Positions 13,877 through 24,547 of a stretch of DNA of 64,000 nucleotides are shown here, in pieces (the stretch's first letter is position 1; the number at the start of each line of letters is the position of its first letter). Below the pieces are notes generated by a model, which had not been told where the DNA came from, ran no database searches, and worked only from the letters and a program-made list of their open reading frames with translations. The stretch comes from Acidilobaceae archaeon (lineage in GTDB: Archaea > Thermoproteota > Thermoprotei_A > Sulfolobales > Acidilobaceae), in the NCBI GenBank assembly GCA_038897215.1, contig JAWAWX010000001.1:544001-608000 (forward strand), read 5' to 3'. Both the position numbers and the translations under genes were made by a program.

Positions 13877-14551
13877 ATGGTTATGATTGAGGTCTCGTGG
13901 TGCGGTCACTCATACGTCGTGCTAAATATTGTTGAAAGAGGTCTGACTATAGCTATAGACCCTCACGACGGCATTAGTGTGGGGTTGCCAAGCTGTCGGC
14001 TAGAAGCGGATATAGTCCTGGTGACGCATGATCACTACGATCATAATGCTATCGATATGGCGAGAGGGTCTCGTAGCGTGGTGCTGAAAGCCGTTAGCGG
14101 AAAGAAGAGCATTTCTGGAGTCGATATAGAAGGCTATCTATTCTACCACGATAAAAGCAAGGGCAGGTTGAGAGGCTTAACTACAGCGTACTGCATCAGG
14201 GTAGACAATATCAGGATCTGCCATCTGGGCGACATAGGCCACATACCTGAAGAACGCCAACTCGAGGGGCTGAGAGACGCCGACGCCCTATTCGTGCCTG
14301 TGGGTGGAGTCTACACTATAGATGGTAGAGAAGCCTGGGAGCTGATACAGATACTGAAGCCCAGACTCGTCGTGCCAATCCACTACTGGACACCCGGCTC
14401 GCTACTACCCCTAGATCCTCTCAACGTCTTCCTAGATACCGCGAAAACGCAGAGAATAAGACTTGAATCAAACAAGTTCCGGCTACCTCTAGAGAAGAGT
14501 CTCGAGAAAACAACCATCATGATACCACGCCTATCTGAGCCTCTACGATGA
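13877..14551 (+). CDS. MBL-fold metallo-hydrolase
   Basis: THDHYDH, HLGDIG, VPVGGVYT and PIHY motifs; start moved to ATG 13877. Confidence 0.9.
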   Translation: MVMIEVSWCGHSYVVLNIVERGLTIAIDPHDGISVGLPSCRLEADIVLVTHDHYDHNAIDMARGSRSVVLKAVSGKKSISGVDIEGYLFYHDKSKGRLRGLTTAYCIRVDNIRICHLGDIGHIPEERQLEGLRDADALFVPVGGVYTIDGREAWELIQILKPRLVVPIHYWTPGSLLPLDPLNVFLDTAKTQRIRLESNKFRLPLEKSLEKTTIMIPRLSEPLR

Positions 14552-14563
14552 AGGAAAGGTAGA

Positions 14564-14653
14564 TGGCGCCGGGGGCGGGATTCGAACCCGCGCGCCCCCC
14601 GTAGGGGCAACGGGTCTCCAGCCCGTCCCCTTGGTCCGCTCGGGCACCCCGGC
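14564..14653 (-). tRNA. tRNA-Ser(GGA)
   Basis: GCCGGGG acceptor, ACGGG CT GGA GA CCCGT, long variable arm and CCA; usual position after tuf-S10. Confidence 0.97.
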
Positions 14654-14818
14654 GCAGAGTCTACTCTTATCCAAAAGCTAGCTGTGGCTCTCCTGGCTTT
14701 TATGTATTGATCGTTAGCAGAGCCTCTAGGCTTTCTTGCTGAGAATCACGATAGGAAGAAATCTCGATGAATATATCTTAGAAACGGACGATGAAACTAC
14801 AAGTATAGAGGTGAAGAG

Positions 14819-15133
14819 TTATCTAGATAGCTGCTTTATCTCTATATAGACGTCGGGCGGGACCTGTATCCTCATTATCTTCCTCAATACCCTCTCGTCA
14901 GCCTCTAAGTCTATTAGTCTCTTGTGTATTCTCATCTCCCAGCGCTCCCAGTGCTTCGACCCCTCTCCATGCGGTAATCTTGGTACAGCTATCTTGAATT
15001 TCTTTGTGGGTAAAGGTATTGGACCTTTTATTTTTACTCCTGATTTCTCAGCGATATCCTTTATCTGCATTGCTACATTCTCGAGGTTCTCTACGTTGTT
15101 GCTCCATAGCCATATTCTCAGCTTAAAAATCAT
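14819..15133 (-). CDS. rps10: 30S ribosomal protein S10
   Basis: GPIPLPTKK...[11 protein letters not shown]. Confidence 0.97.
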   Translation of the reverse strand: MIFKLRIWLWSNNVENLENVAMQIKDIAEKSGVKIKGPIPLPTKKFKIAVPRLPHGEGSKHWERWEMRIHKRLIDLEADERVLRKIMRIQVPPDVYIEIKQLSR

Positions 15134-15177
15134 TGTCGGAAACCCCAGTAGTTTTATTGAAGTAGTCTTTGGTGGTG

Positions 15178-16497
15178 CTACTTAGCCTTAACGTCTACCC
15201 TCATGGGTTTAACGTCTGTCACTATTCCTATCCCTATGGTTCTATTCATGTCTCTCATAGCGAATCTGCCGAGTGGCGGGAAGTCGCTGAACTTCTCTAT
15301 GACTAGTGGCTTGATTGGTTTGAACTTGACTATAGCCACGTCTCCGGGCTTGAGGAACTGGGGCTTCTCTTCGAGCACTTTGCCTGTTCTGGGATCTAGC
15401 TTAGCTACTATCTCGGTCATTCTAGCGCTCACGCTAGCTGTGTGTACGTGAATTACTGGAGTGTAGCCTGGAGCTATAGCGCTTGGATGCCATACCACGA
15501 AAAGTCTTGCTGTGAATTCTTCTGCTACAGTTGGTGGCGAGTCTGGGTGGCCGACTACATCGCCTCGCTTGACGTCATCCTTCGAGACACCTCGTAGAGC
15601 GAAGCCTATGTTGTCTCCCGGCTCTGCTTTAGGCAGGTCTTGGTAGTGCATTTGAATGCTTCTGACTTCTGTAAGGATGCCAGCCGGCATTATTACTATC
15701 TTGTCTCCGACCTTGAGAACTCCCGACTCGACTCTACCCACTGGTACAGTGCCTGCTCCTGGTATCGAGTAGACTCCTGCTATCGGGATTCTGAGAGGCT
15801 TATCTACAGGCTTAGCCGGAGGCTTGAGAGAGTCTAGAGCTTCTACCAGCACGGGACCATCGTACCAAGGCATGTTGGGGCTTCTCTCTATCAGGTTCTC
15901 TCCAGTCCACGCGCTTATAGGTATGAAGGGTATCTTCTCGGGATCGTAGCCTATGCTCTTCATGTACTTCTTAAGTATGCCTAGAACCTCCTCGTATCTC
16001 TGCTTGCTATAAGGAGGCTCTGTTGCATCCATCTTGTTAACGGCTACGATGACCTGCTCTATGCCTAGAGTCTTGGCTAGAAGCAGGTGCTCTCTAGTCT
16101 GACCCTCTGGGCTCATGCCAGCCTCGAACTCTCCTTTCCTAGCCGAGACTACGAGAACAGCTGCGTCAGCCTGGCTAGCTCCTGTTATCATGTTCTTGAC
16201 GAAGTCTCTATGCCCTGGTGCATCGATGATCGTGAAGTAGTACTTCTTGGTCTCGAACTTGACGAAGGCGGGGTCGATCGTGATACCTCTTTCTCTCTCC
16301 TCTTTCATCTTGTCTAGAATCCATGCGAATTTAAAGCTCTCCTTACCCTTCTGTCTAGCGAGTTCCTCTATCTCCTTCAGCTTCTTCTCATCTACATACC
16401 CTAGTCTGTAGAGTATGTGGCCCGTCATAGTGCTCTTTCCGTGGTCCACGTGGCCTATTATTACTAGATTCAAGTGAGGCTTAGATGGAGCCGCCAT
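15178..16497 (-). CDS. tuf: Elongation factor EF-1 alpha
   Basis: [24 protein letters not shown] and NKMD. Confidence 0.99.
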   Translation of the reverse strand: MAAPSKPHLNLVIIGHVDHGKSTMTGHILYRLGYVDEKKLKEIEELARQKGKESFKFAWILDKMKEERERGITIDPAFVKFETKKYYFTIIDAPGHRDFVKNMITGASQADAAVLVVSARKGEFEAGMSPEGQTREHLLLAKTLGIEQVIVAVNKMDATEPPYSKQRYEEVLGILKKYMKSIGYDPEKIPFIPISAWTGENLIERSPNMPWYDGPVLVEALDSLKPPAKPVDKPLRIPIAGVYSIPGAGTVPVGRVESGVLKVGDKIVIMPAGILTEVRSIQMHYQDLPKAEPGDNIGFALRGVSKDDVKRGDVVGHPDSPPTVAEEFTARLFVVWHPSAIAPGYTPVIHVHTASVSARMTEIVAKLDPRTGKVLEEKPQFLKPGDVAIVKFKPIKPLVIEKFSDFPPLGRFAMRDMNRTIGIGIVTDVKPMRVDVKAK

Positions 16498-16675
16498 ACC
16501 CTCTTCACCTCACCTCTCCAAAGGGGCTAGAGCCCGGTATTTATAAGTTACCACTCTATCCCGCAATAGGACTCATGAAATGCCACTAGATCGCTAACGA
16601 GTCGTGGAGCGTCGAGGAGAGTATCGCATATATATTTACGAAGCGCGGTCTTCTGGTTTGTAGGAGGAGTTTAGC

Positions 16676-17644
16676 TTGTCGGGGAGAGAGTTCGTTAGGA
16701 GAGTTCAGCTCCTAGGAAGGTTCACCTACGCTGTAACCCTCCCCAAGGAGTGGGTTAGAGCTCACGGTCTTACAAGAGGGTCGAAGGTCTTTATTGACGT
16801 TCTGCCAGATGGAAGTCTTAGAATCAAAGCTACTCCTCTTCTCTCCGAGCACTATGCTAGCAAGCAGGTGGAGCTCTTCTCGGGAGAAGAGCTAGACCAG
16901 GTTTTCTTCGAGACTCTAGCTTCTCTAATTGCTGGCTACGACTTCGTCCTGATTTCATTCAATGAGCTAACATCTGGATACACAGAGTCTCTTCTAGAAA
17001 AATTGTCTAAATCTATTCCCGGAGTCGAGCTGATTAAGGGAGAGCTAGACGCGAAAGTAATGTTAGCTAGAGAGAAGGAGCGGGAGAAAGATCCGAGAGC
17101 TCTCGAATCGAGCTTAAATCTCGCATTGAAGCTCTTAACGGATACTCTTAGAAACCCGGATAAACTAGAGCTAGCGGAGATAGCTTTCAATAATGCTAGA
17201 CGGATGCTAATGGAGAACGAGATTCATAAGAGGCTAGGCTCGACCTTAGGAGGAAGAGTTGTCTCCTCTCTCGATATCCACTGTGTCACCGTAGCCTTAC
17301 AGATCATGAAGAACATAGTGTTTGTCTACAGAGCTGTCAAGCACTTCTCGGAAGGCTTGAAGATTGACGATATGGATATAAGCGAGTTACTCAGAGACTT
17401 AGAGAACAAGCTAGAGAGCTTCTTCTGGCTCTCTTTAAGACTCTTTCGAGAACCGTCTTGGGAAGCATATCGAGATATCGTTAAGCTGTACTTAGAGATA
17501 GTTAGGAGAACTAGTGTGTTACGCGTGTCTGAGCATGCTAGGATACTCATCGATATCCTTAACCGAAGCTTGACAGACCTCGTGATAGAGCTAGGAGTAT
17601 ATGTCTCAGCCCTAGGGGTAGTGATGGCCAGGCTTGGGGGTTAG
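16676..17644 (+). CDS. AbrB-domain / PhoU-like regulator
   Basis: N-terminal RRVQLLGRFTYAVTLPKEWV AbrB signature and AGYD motif, followed by helical domains. Confidence 0.75.
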   Translation: MSGREFVRRVQLLGRFTYAVTLPKEWVRAHGLTRGSKVFIDVLPDGSLRIKATPLLSEHYASKQVELFSGEELDQVFFETLASLIAGYDFVLISFNELTSGYTESLLEKLSKSIPGVELIKGELDAKVMLAREKEREKDPRALESSLNLALKLLTDTLRNPDKLELAEIAFNNARRMLMENEIHKRLGSTLGGRVVSSLDIHCVTVALQIMKNIVFVYRAVKHFSEGLKIDDMDISELLRDLENKLESFFWLSLRLFREPSWEAYRDIVKLYLEIVRRTSVLRVSEHARILIDILNRSLTDLVIELGVYVSALGVVMARLGG

Positions 17645-17658
17645 GAGCTAGCGCGATG

Positions 17659-19056
17659 TTAGTGAAAATCAACAACTCTTATTATATCCGAGTCTTCGAG
17701 TTTCTGGGCAGTCATGTATCTGTAGGATACCTCTTTGAGGTCTTGATTGCTCCCATAAATCATCACTGTGTGCAGTCTCGCTCTAGCTTTAGTTAGAGAG
17801 TTTCTCACAATATTCACGTTGATTCTATCCTCTCCATCAGATATGAGTATTATGTCGCTGACCCCTTGAGCTCTTCCACTCTTACTTATATCATTACATG
17901 CTGTCAACAACGCTCTCATTATGTCCGTGCCCCCTCCTGCTGCTACTCTCGCTAGGCTTGCGAGAGCATTAACGACCTCCGAAGCTCGCGGGTTTCTACT
18001 GACTTTGATCAAGCTGTAGACTGAAGAGTCAAAGTATCGCGCGTAGAAAGCTCTAGATTCCCCGATCGCTCTCTTCAGCAAAGCTACTGCTACTGCGCGA
18101 GCCCAGTCTATCTTCTCTCCAACCATGCTACCGCTCTTGTCTAGTAAGACGTAGATCGGTCCTTTCGAGACGTCTTCATGCTTCGAGTAGAGTAATAGCT
18201 TAGATTCGGCAAAAGCCACCATGAAGTACTCTGTTGGAAGCGCTAGCTGTGAGTAGTGAAGTCTCTCTAAGTCGCTTCCTACTTCTATCCCCTCGACCCA
18301 CCCCCTCCTCACTCTAATCTTCCTTCCTCTCGCTCCGGGGATGTCTAGACCCTCGATTTTCTCGAGTATCTTGGATACATCTGTGAGCCTAGAGAGCTCT
18401 AATATCTTCTCAGCAGTGTCCTCGAAGCTTAGAATAGAGCCTGTTCCAGCTAGTTTTGAGAAGAGCTCCGCCTTGATTCTCTTCGCTGTCTCGGCATCTC
18501 TCATCGCTTGGTCTAGCGCTTTATCGACCACCTCCTCGAAGTTGTCTACAGCCTCTTCCCCCGATTCGGCTTTCTCTGAGAGCTCTCTCCCGTAGGACTT
18601 GCTGCCTCTACACCCCCGTCTCTCCTCATCTGTCGACTCGTGTTCTAGCTCTTCACGACTGAGCATTGATGTTAGCTTCTCTAGTATAGATGCAGCTGCT
18701 ACGGTGCTAACAAGGCTATCGGCTACGGTATAGTTTCTGATATGGTGAAGCTTGGGGTTTTTGAGTAGTTGCGCGATTATAACATATCTCTCTGCATACT
18801 CGCTATCCGGCTTCTCTTCACTCACACCAGGGTAGTCGACGATCATGGGGATTGGCAGGTTTAAGAGGTAGAATATGTCTGTCGCCAGCTCTGGCCTTAA
18901 AAGCTTGCGATTGCTTTCAGGTTCTTCTCTCGAAAGCGGGTCTCCTCTGAGAGCTCTCTTTATCTCTAGAACGATCCGGATTATCCTCTCTCCTCTATAG
19001 ATTCTTAACTCGTCGAGGACCCCTACGCCAGCTATGACGCTCCTCTTTTGAGTCAA
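17659..19056 (-). CDS. VWA-domain protein (ViaA-like)
   Basis: MIDAS LDKSGSM, GGTDI and ISDGED; downstream of a MoxR ATPase. Confidence 0.88.
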   Translation of the reverse strand: MTQKRSVIAGVGVLDELRIYRGERIIRIVLEIKRALRGDPLSREEPESNRKLLRPELATDIFYLLNLPIPMIVDYPGVSEEKPDSEYAERYVIIAQLLKNPKLHHIRNYTVADSLVSTVAAASILEKLTSMLSREELEHESTDEERRGCRGSKSYGRELSEKAESGEEAVDNFEEVVDKALDQAMRDAETAKRIKAELFSKLAGTGSILSFEDTAEKILELSRLTDVSKILEKIEGLDIPGARGRKIRVRRGWVEGIEVGSDLERLHYSQLALPTEYFMVAFAESKLLLYSKHEDVSKGPIYVLLDKSGSMVGEKIDWARAVAVALLKRAIGESRAFYARYFDSSVYSLIKVSRNPRASEVVNALASLARVAAGGGTDIMRALLTACNDISKSGRAQGVSDIILISDGEDRINVNIVRNSLTKARARLHTVMIYGSNQDLKEVSYRYMTAQKLEDSDIIRVVDFH

Positions 19057-19067
19057 TCTTTCAACCT

Positions 19068-20207
19068 CTAGCTAAGCTTGGAGTTTATTACGTCGAGTAG
19101 CTCATCTATGTCGTCTAGAAGCTCTGAGTAGACTCTCCTTACCTCCTCGTCTTCCTCGAAGTCTTTGACTATGCTGACTATCCTATTCCTGGCGTTCCGT
19201 AAACTCCTGCTATAGTCTATGAGGCGAGGATCGTATGGAGGAAGGCTTCTTATCTTGCTCGCAGCGAGCTTTACGTTAGCCTTGATCTCGCTGAGCTCTC
19301 TCAATACTCTCTCCTTCGTCTTCAACTCGTCCATTAGTATTACTGAGACCTTTTCGAAATCCTCTATAGTCTTAGGAGCAACGTATTTGACGACAAGCAG
19401 GTCTTCTACAGTAGCCGTTGTCCTACCGTTGGCTATAGCGTGAGCGGCTATTACTTTCAATAGCTTCCCCTTCCTCCTATCAGACATATGTATGCCTTTT
19501 GATTCGAGAGCAAGCAATAGTTTGATGAGATGATTCTTGATGTTGTTCAGGTTGACTGATAGGACTAGCTTGTTTATGCTTCTTAAGTCTTCCATAGACA
19601 TTGTTGGTTTGGAGACGCTCACTTCCCCCCTCTCTATTTTCCAGCTCGCATCTAGGAGCCGAGGCCAGAGCTCTTGACTAAGAGGCTTCACGTAAGCTCT
19701 TAAGAGGAATCTATCGTAGAGAGCTTCGAGTTCGGGGTCCTCTGGCACTCTATTCGAGGCGCTAAAGAGACTCCATAGCTTTGCCTTTATCTCCGTGTAT
19801 CCATCGTATATCACTCTCTCCATCATCAAGCTCAGGAGACAGTTCAAGATGGCGCTGTTCGCGTTGAAGATCTCATCGAGGAAAGCGATCTCCGCCTCGG
19901 GCAGCTTATCCTTAGTGACTCTGACGTAGACTCCTCTCAATAAGGCGTTAACGTCGAGGGGGCCGAAGAGCTCACTCGGCTCAGTGTACTTCGTCAACAG
20001 GTATTTGAAGAATTTGGCGTTAAGAAGCTCTGCTGCTCTCCTGACTAGAGCGCTCTTAGCCGTGCCGGGCTCTCCGATCAGTATAGCGTGCTCTCCCGTG
20101 ATTAGAGCTAGAGTTGTTACGAGAGCTTCCTCCCGCCTTCCTACAAACGGGGCTTCGAGCTCGCTCAGAAACCTCTGGATCTTGGCTATAGCTGAGTCAA
20201 GAGACAT
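19068..20207 (-). CDS. MoxR/RavA-family AAA+ ATPase
   Basis: [20 protein letters not shown] and ALYDRF; ATG at 20207 preferred. Confidence 0.92.
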   Translation of the reverse strand: MSLDSAIAKIQRFLSELEAPFVGRREEALVTTLALITGEHAILIGEPGTAKSALVRRAAELLNAKFFKYLLTKYTEPSELFGPLDVNALLRGVYVRVTKDKLPEAEIAFLDEIFNANSAILNCLLSLMMERVIYDGYTEIKAKLWSLFSASNRVPEDPELEALYDRFLLRAYVKPLSQELWPRLLDASWKIERGEVSVSKPTMSMEDLRSINKLVLSVNLNNIKNHLIKLLLALESKGIHMSDRRKGKLLKVIAAHAIANGRTTATVEDLLVVKYVAPKTIEDFEKVSVILMDELKTKERVLRELSEIKANVKLAASKIRSLPPYDPRLIDYSRSLRNARNRIVSIVKDFEEDEEVRRVYSELLDDIDELLDVINSKLS

Positions 20208-20376
20208 CCCTGGGCTAGCTAAGCCTTCGGAGTCAATTCTCTCGCTATAGCTGAGTCTAAGAGGGTTCACGAAGCCTTTCTGGTTTAGTGGTAGAGGAGC
20301 TAGCACTAACCCACACCCAGCACTATTAACCTGATAGGGTTTGATGTCGGAGGAATTTTAATCTAACTCTCGGCTC

Positions 20377-21273
20377 TCAGTAGCCAGCCGGGTTCACAGC
20401 GATAAGTAGAGTTAGAGAGACTAGGAAGAGACGACAGAAGAGAGAGTTGTCTCTGAGAGTCTTTGATGAGATGTTGCGTCTCTCTCTAGTCAAGGACATC
20501 AATACTCTTAGAGCGTAGAAGGCGATAAGAGATACCGGTACGAGTATCAGCGGGCTTAATAGCTTTAGAATGATAGAGGATGCTAGAGAAACCGCTAAGA
20601 AGACCAGGATAGCGGCGTAACCAACCCATACTCTATCCCCTAGGATTACTGGGAGAGTTCTTCTACCGTACTTGGCGTCAGCCTCAGCATCTGGGATCTG
20701 GTTTACATAAAGGCTAGCTACAGAGAGCAATCCATAGATAGCTCCTATAGGTATGGCGGGAAGGTAGAGTTCTCGAGACGCTATGTAAGCACAACCCAGA
20801 AATACTAGCACTCCTTTAGCGAAGACTCCCAGCTCTCCTAACCCTACTCTGAGCAAGTACGGGTCGTATAGAATGATTATTAGTGCTCCTATTACCACGA
20901 AGAGGAATATCGTGAGCCCGTAGAGCAGACTAAAATAGAGCCCTATCGATGCCGCTATCACGAACGTTGCTATAGCTAAGAGTATGGCCTCTGCTAGCGA
21001 GAGCTTACTCTCAACTAGTAGCTTTGTGCCGCCACTATATGGAGTTCGAGAAGTCTCTCTATCCAGCCCACTGAGATGGTCTTGAATATCATTAATAGCG
21101 TTCACAGAGAGGTGAGCAATAGATACCCCCAATACAGCCAACAGAGACTCGAAAACCAGACACTCGCTCTCTCTACAAGCGAAGATCGCGCCACCTAGCC
21201 CCGCTAAGACTGTACTTAGAGAGGTCTGTGGTCTCAAGAAGCTCCAGTAAACTCTCAGCTTCTCTCTAATCAT
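20377..21273 (-). CDS. UbiA-family (MenA-like) prenyltransferase
   Basis: NDIQDHLSGLD and NQIPDAEADAKYGRRTL motifs; multiple TM helices. Confidence 0.88.
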   Translation of the reverse strand: MIREKLRVYWSFLRPQTSLSTVLAGLGGAIFACRESECLVFESLLAVLGVSIAHLSVNAINDIQDHLSGLDRETSRTPYSGGTKLLVESKLSLAEAILLAIATFVIAASIGLYFSLLYGLTIFLFVVIGALIIILYDPYLLRVGLGELGVFAKGVLVFLGCAYIASRELYLPAIPIGAIYGLLSVASLYVNQIPDAEADAKYGRRTLPVILGDRVWVGYAAILVFLAVSLASSIILKLLSPLILVPVSLIAFYALRVLMSLTRERRNISSKTLRDNSLFCRLFLVSLTLLIAVNPAGY

Positions 21274-21317
21274 TCATGACCCTCGATTTCTTCTAGTATA
21301 AGCGCTTCCACTTAAGC

Positions 21318-21325
21318 TTTTAAAC
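21318..21325 (+). promoter_or_regulatory. TATA box for split tRNA 3' half
   Basis: TTTTAAAC ends about 25 nt upstream of the GC-rich leader at 21351. Confidence 0.7.
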
Positions 21326-21350
21326 GTCGACTCGTTGCTTCATCAAGATC

Positions 21351-21411
21351 GCGGGGCGCGGGGCGGCAGGGAGCCCCCGTGACCGGGGTTCGAATCCCCG
21401 CCCGGCTACCA
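21351..21411 (+). tRNA. Split tRNA-Gln 3' half (leader 21351-21373; exon 21374-21411 incl. CCA)
   Basis: Exon CCCCCG TGAC CGGGG TTCGAAT CCCCG CCCGGCT A CCA with no D arm upstream; leader GCGGGGCGCGGGGCGGC is complementary to the trailer at 29517-29534. Confidence 0.93.
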
Positions 21412-21421
21412 TAAAACTTGT

Positions 21422-22270
21422 TCACCAATACTCGACGAGCACTCTCTTGATTGAAGCTATCTGCTGTAAAGCGTCTCTTACCACTTTATTTGTTGAACTC
21501 TTTTCTACGATAATCACGCGGGAGGGCTCAGGATAGCTTCTCTCAAGCGCTTGAATCACTGTATTCTCGTTGATAGCTTCGCTTAGTTGATGCTTAGAGA
21601 TTATGTGTCCAAAGCATAGCTCTGTTTCGAGCATAGCTTTAGTGAATCTTCTGGGATAGTGTGGACCCCCGAGACCAACGGCCGGAGTACATGCTGGGAT
21701 ATTTTCCGAGTTGTTGACCACGTTGCTTACGGCTGTGACGAGAGCTAGAATTGCTCTAGAGTCTCTCCACTGCTTCTCGCAGCTACCGACTTCGATGAAG
21801 ACTAGAGGCTTGCTAGTCTCTGTCGGCCCGTGATGTGTAGCCTCTAGCGTTAACTCGTAGTCTTTCTCTAGCTTCATCTCCAGTGTTGCCTTAGAGTACT
21901 CGACTAGCAGAGCTTTCGCTAAAGCTGGGTATGAGACAGCGAGCTTGAAGGGCTTCCCTCCAGCTACAGTGCTTGTAGGGTTCCCGGTATGGTGAACACT
22001 AAGAGTGCCTCTACACTCTCGAGAAGCGTGACGAGAGAGAGCTATCACAGGTCTTAGCTCGCTTCTAGGACTCACGTCTAGAATATCTAGATTCAAGAGC
22101 TCTCCGGAATAGCCTGCTATCAATCCTCGCTCGTAAGAAAAACACTCTTCAGCATAGGGGCATCTCCTTGGCTTAGCTCTCAGCCGTTCTACCAGAGCCC
22201 TCGAGGCGAGAACACCAACAGGGTCGTCGAGAGAGTAGATTATGTCTATCTCCAAAAAGGCTTCACCCAA
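21422..22270 (-). CDS. dtdA: D-aminoacyl-tRNA deacylase (DTD2 type)
   Basis: SRHAS, SVHHTGN, EATHHGP, FIEVGS, GGPHY and GHII. Confidence 0.93.
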   Translation of the reverse strand: MGEAFLEIDIIYSLDDPVGVLASRALVERLRAKPRRCPYAEECFSYERGLIAGYSGELLNLDILDVSPRSELRPVIALSRHASRECRGTLSVHHTGNPTSTVAGGKPFKLAVSYPALAKALLVEYSKATLEMKLEKDYELTLEATHHGPTETSKPLVFIEVGSCEKQWRDSRAILALVTAVSNVVNNSENIPACTPAVGLGGPHYPRRFTKAMLETELCFGHIISKHQLSEAINENTVIQALERSYPEPSRVIIVEKSSTNKVVRDALQQIASIKRVLVEYW

Positions 22271-22784
22271 TCTTGTTTTTGGCGATAGCGAGTAGGAAGA
22301 GTGTCTTCAAGTCTCTAATCCCTCCGTCTCTCGCTATAGCTAGCGCTTCGTCTAAGCTCATGTATACAACTTCAATTACCTCATGTGGCTCGAGTTCTCG
22401 GGCTACCGGCTCGGGGTCCCAGGCGATAAAGAGGAACATGTATTCTGTTGAGTAGCCGGGTGATACGAATCCCTCGCCTACGAGCTCAAAGCTTGAAGCC
22501 TTCAGCCCTGCTTCTTCTCTTAGCTCTCTAGTAGCTGTTACGAGAGGACTCTCTCCCTCTTTCAGAGTCCCTGCTGGAGCTTCTAGAAGCCACTCGCGAA
22601 CAGCCGGCCTATACTGTTTGACTAAGGCTACCCTCTTCTCTCTCCTCCAGAGAGGGAGGATGGCGACACTCTTCGGGAAGACTACTCTATCGACCAAGAT
22701 GTTGATACCGTTAGGTAAGACTTCCTCATAGCACTCTAGCAGAACTCTTCTGCATCTAAAGCTACGAACCTCTCGGGAAACCAA
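22263..22784 (-). CDS. NUDIX hydrolase (ADP-ribose pyrophosphatase-like)
   Basis: QYRP...EAPAG...ATRELREEAG Nudix box and SPG motif. Confidence 0.92.
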   Translation of the reverse strand: MVSREVRSFRCRRVLLECYEEVLPNGINILVDRVVFPKSVAILPLWRREKRVALVKQYRPAVREWLLEAPAGTLKEGESPLVTATRELREEAGLKASSFELVGEGFVSPGYSTEYMFLFIAWDPEPVARELEPHEVIEVVYMSLDEALAIARDGGIRDLKTLFLLAIAKNKIG

Positions 22785-22890
22785 TTAGGTCACCGACGCC
22801 GCTGGGTTTCTCGAGTCGCTTATAGGAACTCTAGAAGCTCCGGTCTCGATTACTCTCAGCCCTGAAGAGCCATGGCTAAGATTGAGGTCA

Positions 22891-23430
22891 CTACGTGCAC
22901 GCTATGGCAGACATTCTCAAACACGTGGATAGATTGGAGCTAGTGATCTCGAGTTCTCTAGCTAACTCTGGTAGAATAGTCTTGAAGAGGTGCAGGTTTT
23001 CTAGCAAAGAGTCTCTCATAGCTAGATCTACTTCTACCTTTCTCGATTCGCTGTACGCTACTAGCTTGACTCTACTACCCTCAAGCTCTAGAGCGTAGGC
23101 TCTCGTAGCTACTCTGATAGAGTTCTCTTTAAGAGCGATTACTAGAGGCCTGTCTGTAGACCTGAAGACCGTGAACTCTCCCGGTCTCTCTGCAACCCTA
23201 TAGTTATAACATCCGGTACTGCAGAGCTTCTCGGCCCCTACGCTAATACAGGAGCCTTTCCCTCTAACTGAGCATGAAGACTTCCCAGCGATGTCTCCCA
23301 CTAATTTCACTAACCTCATGAGCTCCGATAGAAGGGAGATCGTTACTAGAGCCTGAGATCCCTTCCTGGGAGTCTTGGAGATCAGAGACTCTAGTAGCTC
23401 CCGCTCTCTGGAAATGACGCTATACTCCAT
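22891..23430 (-). CDS. Hypothetical protein
   Basis: Long ORF co-oriented with neighbours; no motif recognised. Confidence 0.6.
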   Translation of the reverse strand: MEYSVISRERELLESLISKTPRKGSQALVTISLLSELMRLVKLVGDIAGKSSCSVRGKGSCISVGAEKLCSTGCYNYRVAERPGEFTVFRSTDRPLVIALKENSIRVATRAYALELEGSRVKLVAYSESRKVEVDLAMRDSLLENLHLFKTILPELARELEITSSNLSTCLRMSAIACT

Positions 23431-23486
23431 AGCTTTAACCCACCCACACATAAGCTAGAGCATTTATTTTTGTATACCTCCCCTAG

Positions 23487-23808
23487 CTAAGTTCTACTCT
23501 CATACATCTCGCTGACTCTCCTGAGTCTCTCTAACTCGAGCTCTCTCTTCTTTCGCCGCCTAGAGCCTATAGAGCAGGCTTTACAGACTCTACGCACGCT
23601 ATCTACTTGCACCGAGCACTCAGAGCAAACCAGGCTCCCGCAGGAGATACAGGAAGCTACTGAGAGTCTTTCACCACATACTCTGCAAAGAGCTGCAGAG
23701 CACACAGAGCACACTTCGAGACTTGTAATGTGTCTTCTGCAAACTCTTCTACCACACTTAGCGCAGACGCTTTCCGCCTCGCGGTCACAGAAAGTGGCAA
23801 GAATGCAT
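23487..23808 (-). pseudogene. Multi-CxxC zinc-finger protein interrupted by a +1 frameshift after codon 6
   Basis: ATG at 23808 reads MHSCHF then L-stop; skipping one base at TTT-C (23793-23790) gives CDREAESVCAKCGRRVCRRH..., continuing into the 23487-23714 ORF. Confidence 0.65.
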
Positions 23809-23813
23809 ATGGG

Positions 23814-24401
23814 TCAGCCTAGTTCCAAGCTCTCAGCTAGAGGCTTCTCAGCTCTCGCCAGCCTCCCCGTCTGCTCTCTCTCTACTAGCTCGCATGTAAT
23901 CTCGAGGTCGCTCTCTGAAGTTCTGAGAATACAGTGAGCTCTGGAGATTGAAATCACGCCTACTAGAGGAGATAGTATGAAGTTAGCTGAAACCTCGTTT
24001 TCAGCAGTAATCCTAACCCTCTGAGTCTTGATCTTCCTGAATCCTGGGATCTTGACTATGACTGAATCAGTCTCTATGTCTGACTCGAGCTTGACCGTCA
24101 CTATATCTCCTCTCATTTCTATTAACTCGTTCTGCTTGATACTCATTCGAGCCCCCTGAGAGTCGACCTCGAACTTGTAGTCCGGCACGTAGATCTTCAA
24201 GACGTCCTCCATAGTGGAGTCGATACGCGACTCTACGGGAACTAAGGTCTCCATTCTTAGCTTTAATGGAGTCATTTCAATCAATATGGTCGACGCGCCA
24301 ACAATAAACACGTGGCTAGTCTCGTAGACTCTCCCCCCTACTCTCACTCTACTGCCATCGACAACCACACTAATGTATCTATCTGAGTGAAGCATCGTCA
24401 T
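23814..24401 (-). CDS. Hypothetical beta-rich protein
   Basis: 195-aa ORF at the head of an apparent operon; no motif recognised. Confidence 0.6.
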   Translation of the reverse strand: MTMLHSDRYISVVVDGSRVRVGGRVYETSHVFIVGASTILIEMTPLKLRMETLVPVESRIDSTMEDVLKIYVPDYKFEVDSQGARMSIKQNELIEMRGDIVTVKLESDIETDSVIVKIPGFRKIKTQRVRITAENEVSANFILSPLVGVISISRAHCILRTSESDLEITCELVEREQTGRLARAEKPLAESLELG

Positions 24402-24547
24402 CTAATAAGCACCATCTCCCTCTGAGCAGTTCTCTATCCAAAGCTAATTACAGTTATGCATAGCTTTAACATTATTAAGCTTTTAGCGTCATCACATCCC
24501 AAGACCTGCTATTCGCAACGACATACTATCCGCTCTATATGTCTTCC

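Noticed and set aside
14383-14610. 75-aa minus ORF
   Set aside because: Starts inside tRNA-Ser and runs antisense to the MBL gene
17659-20207. MoxR-VWA pair as a novel system
   Set aside because: Well-known RavA/ViaA-type chaperone pairing
21374-21411. tRNA 3' fragment as an attL/attR site of an integrated element
   Set aside because: No integrase or cargo nearby, and the fragment has its own promoter and a BHB-forming leader matching the 5' half
22860-22890. TGAAGA...TTGA partial C/D-like motif
   Set aside because: No convincing second box pair
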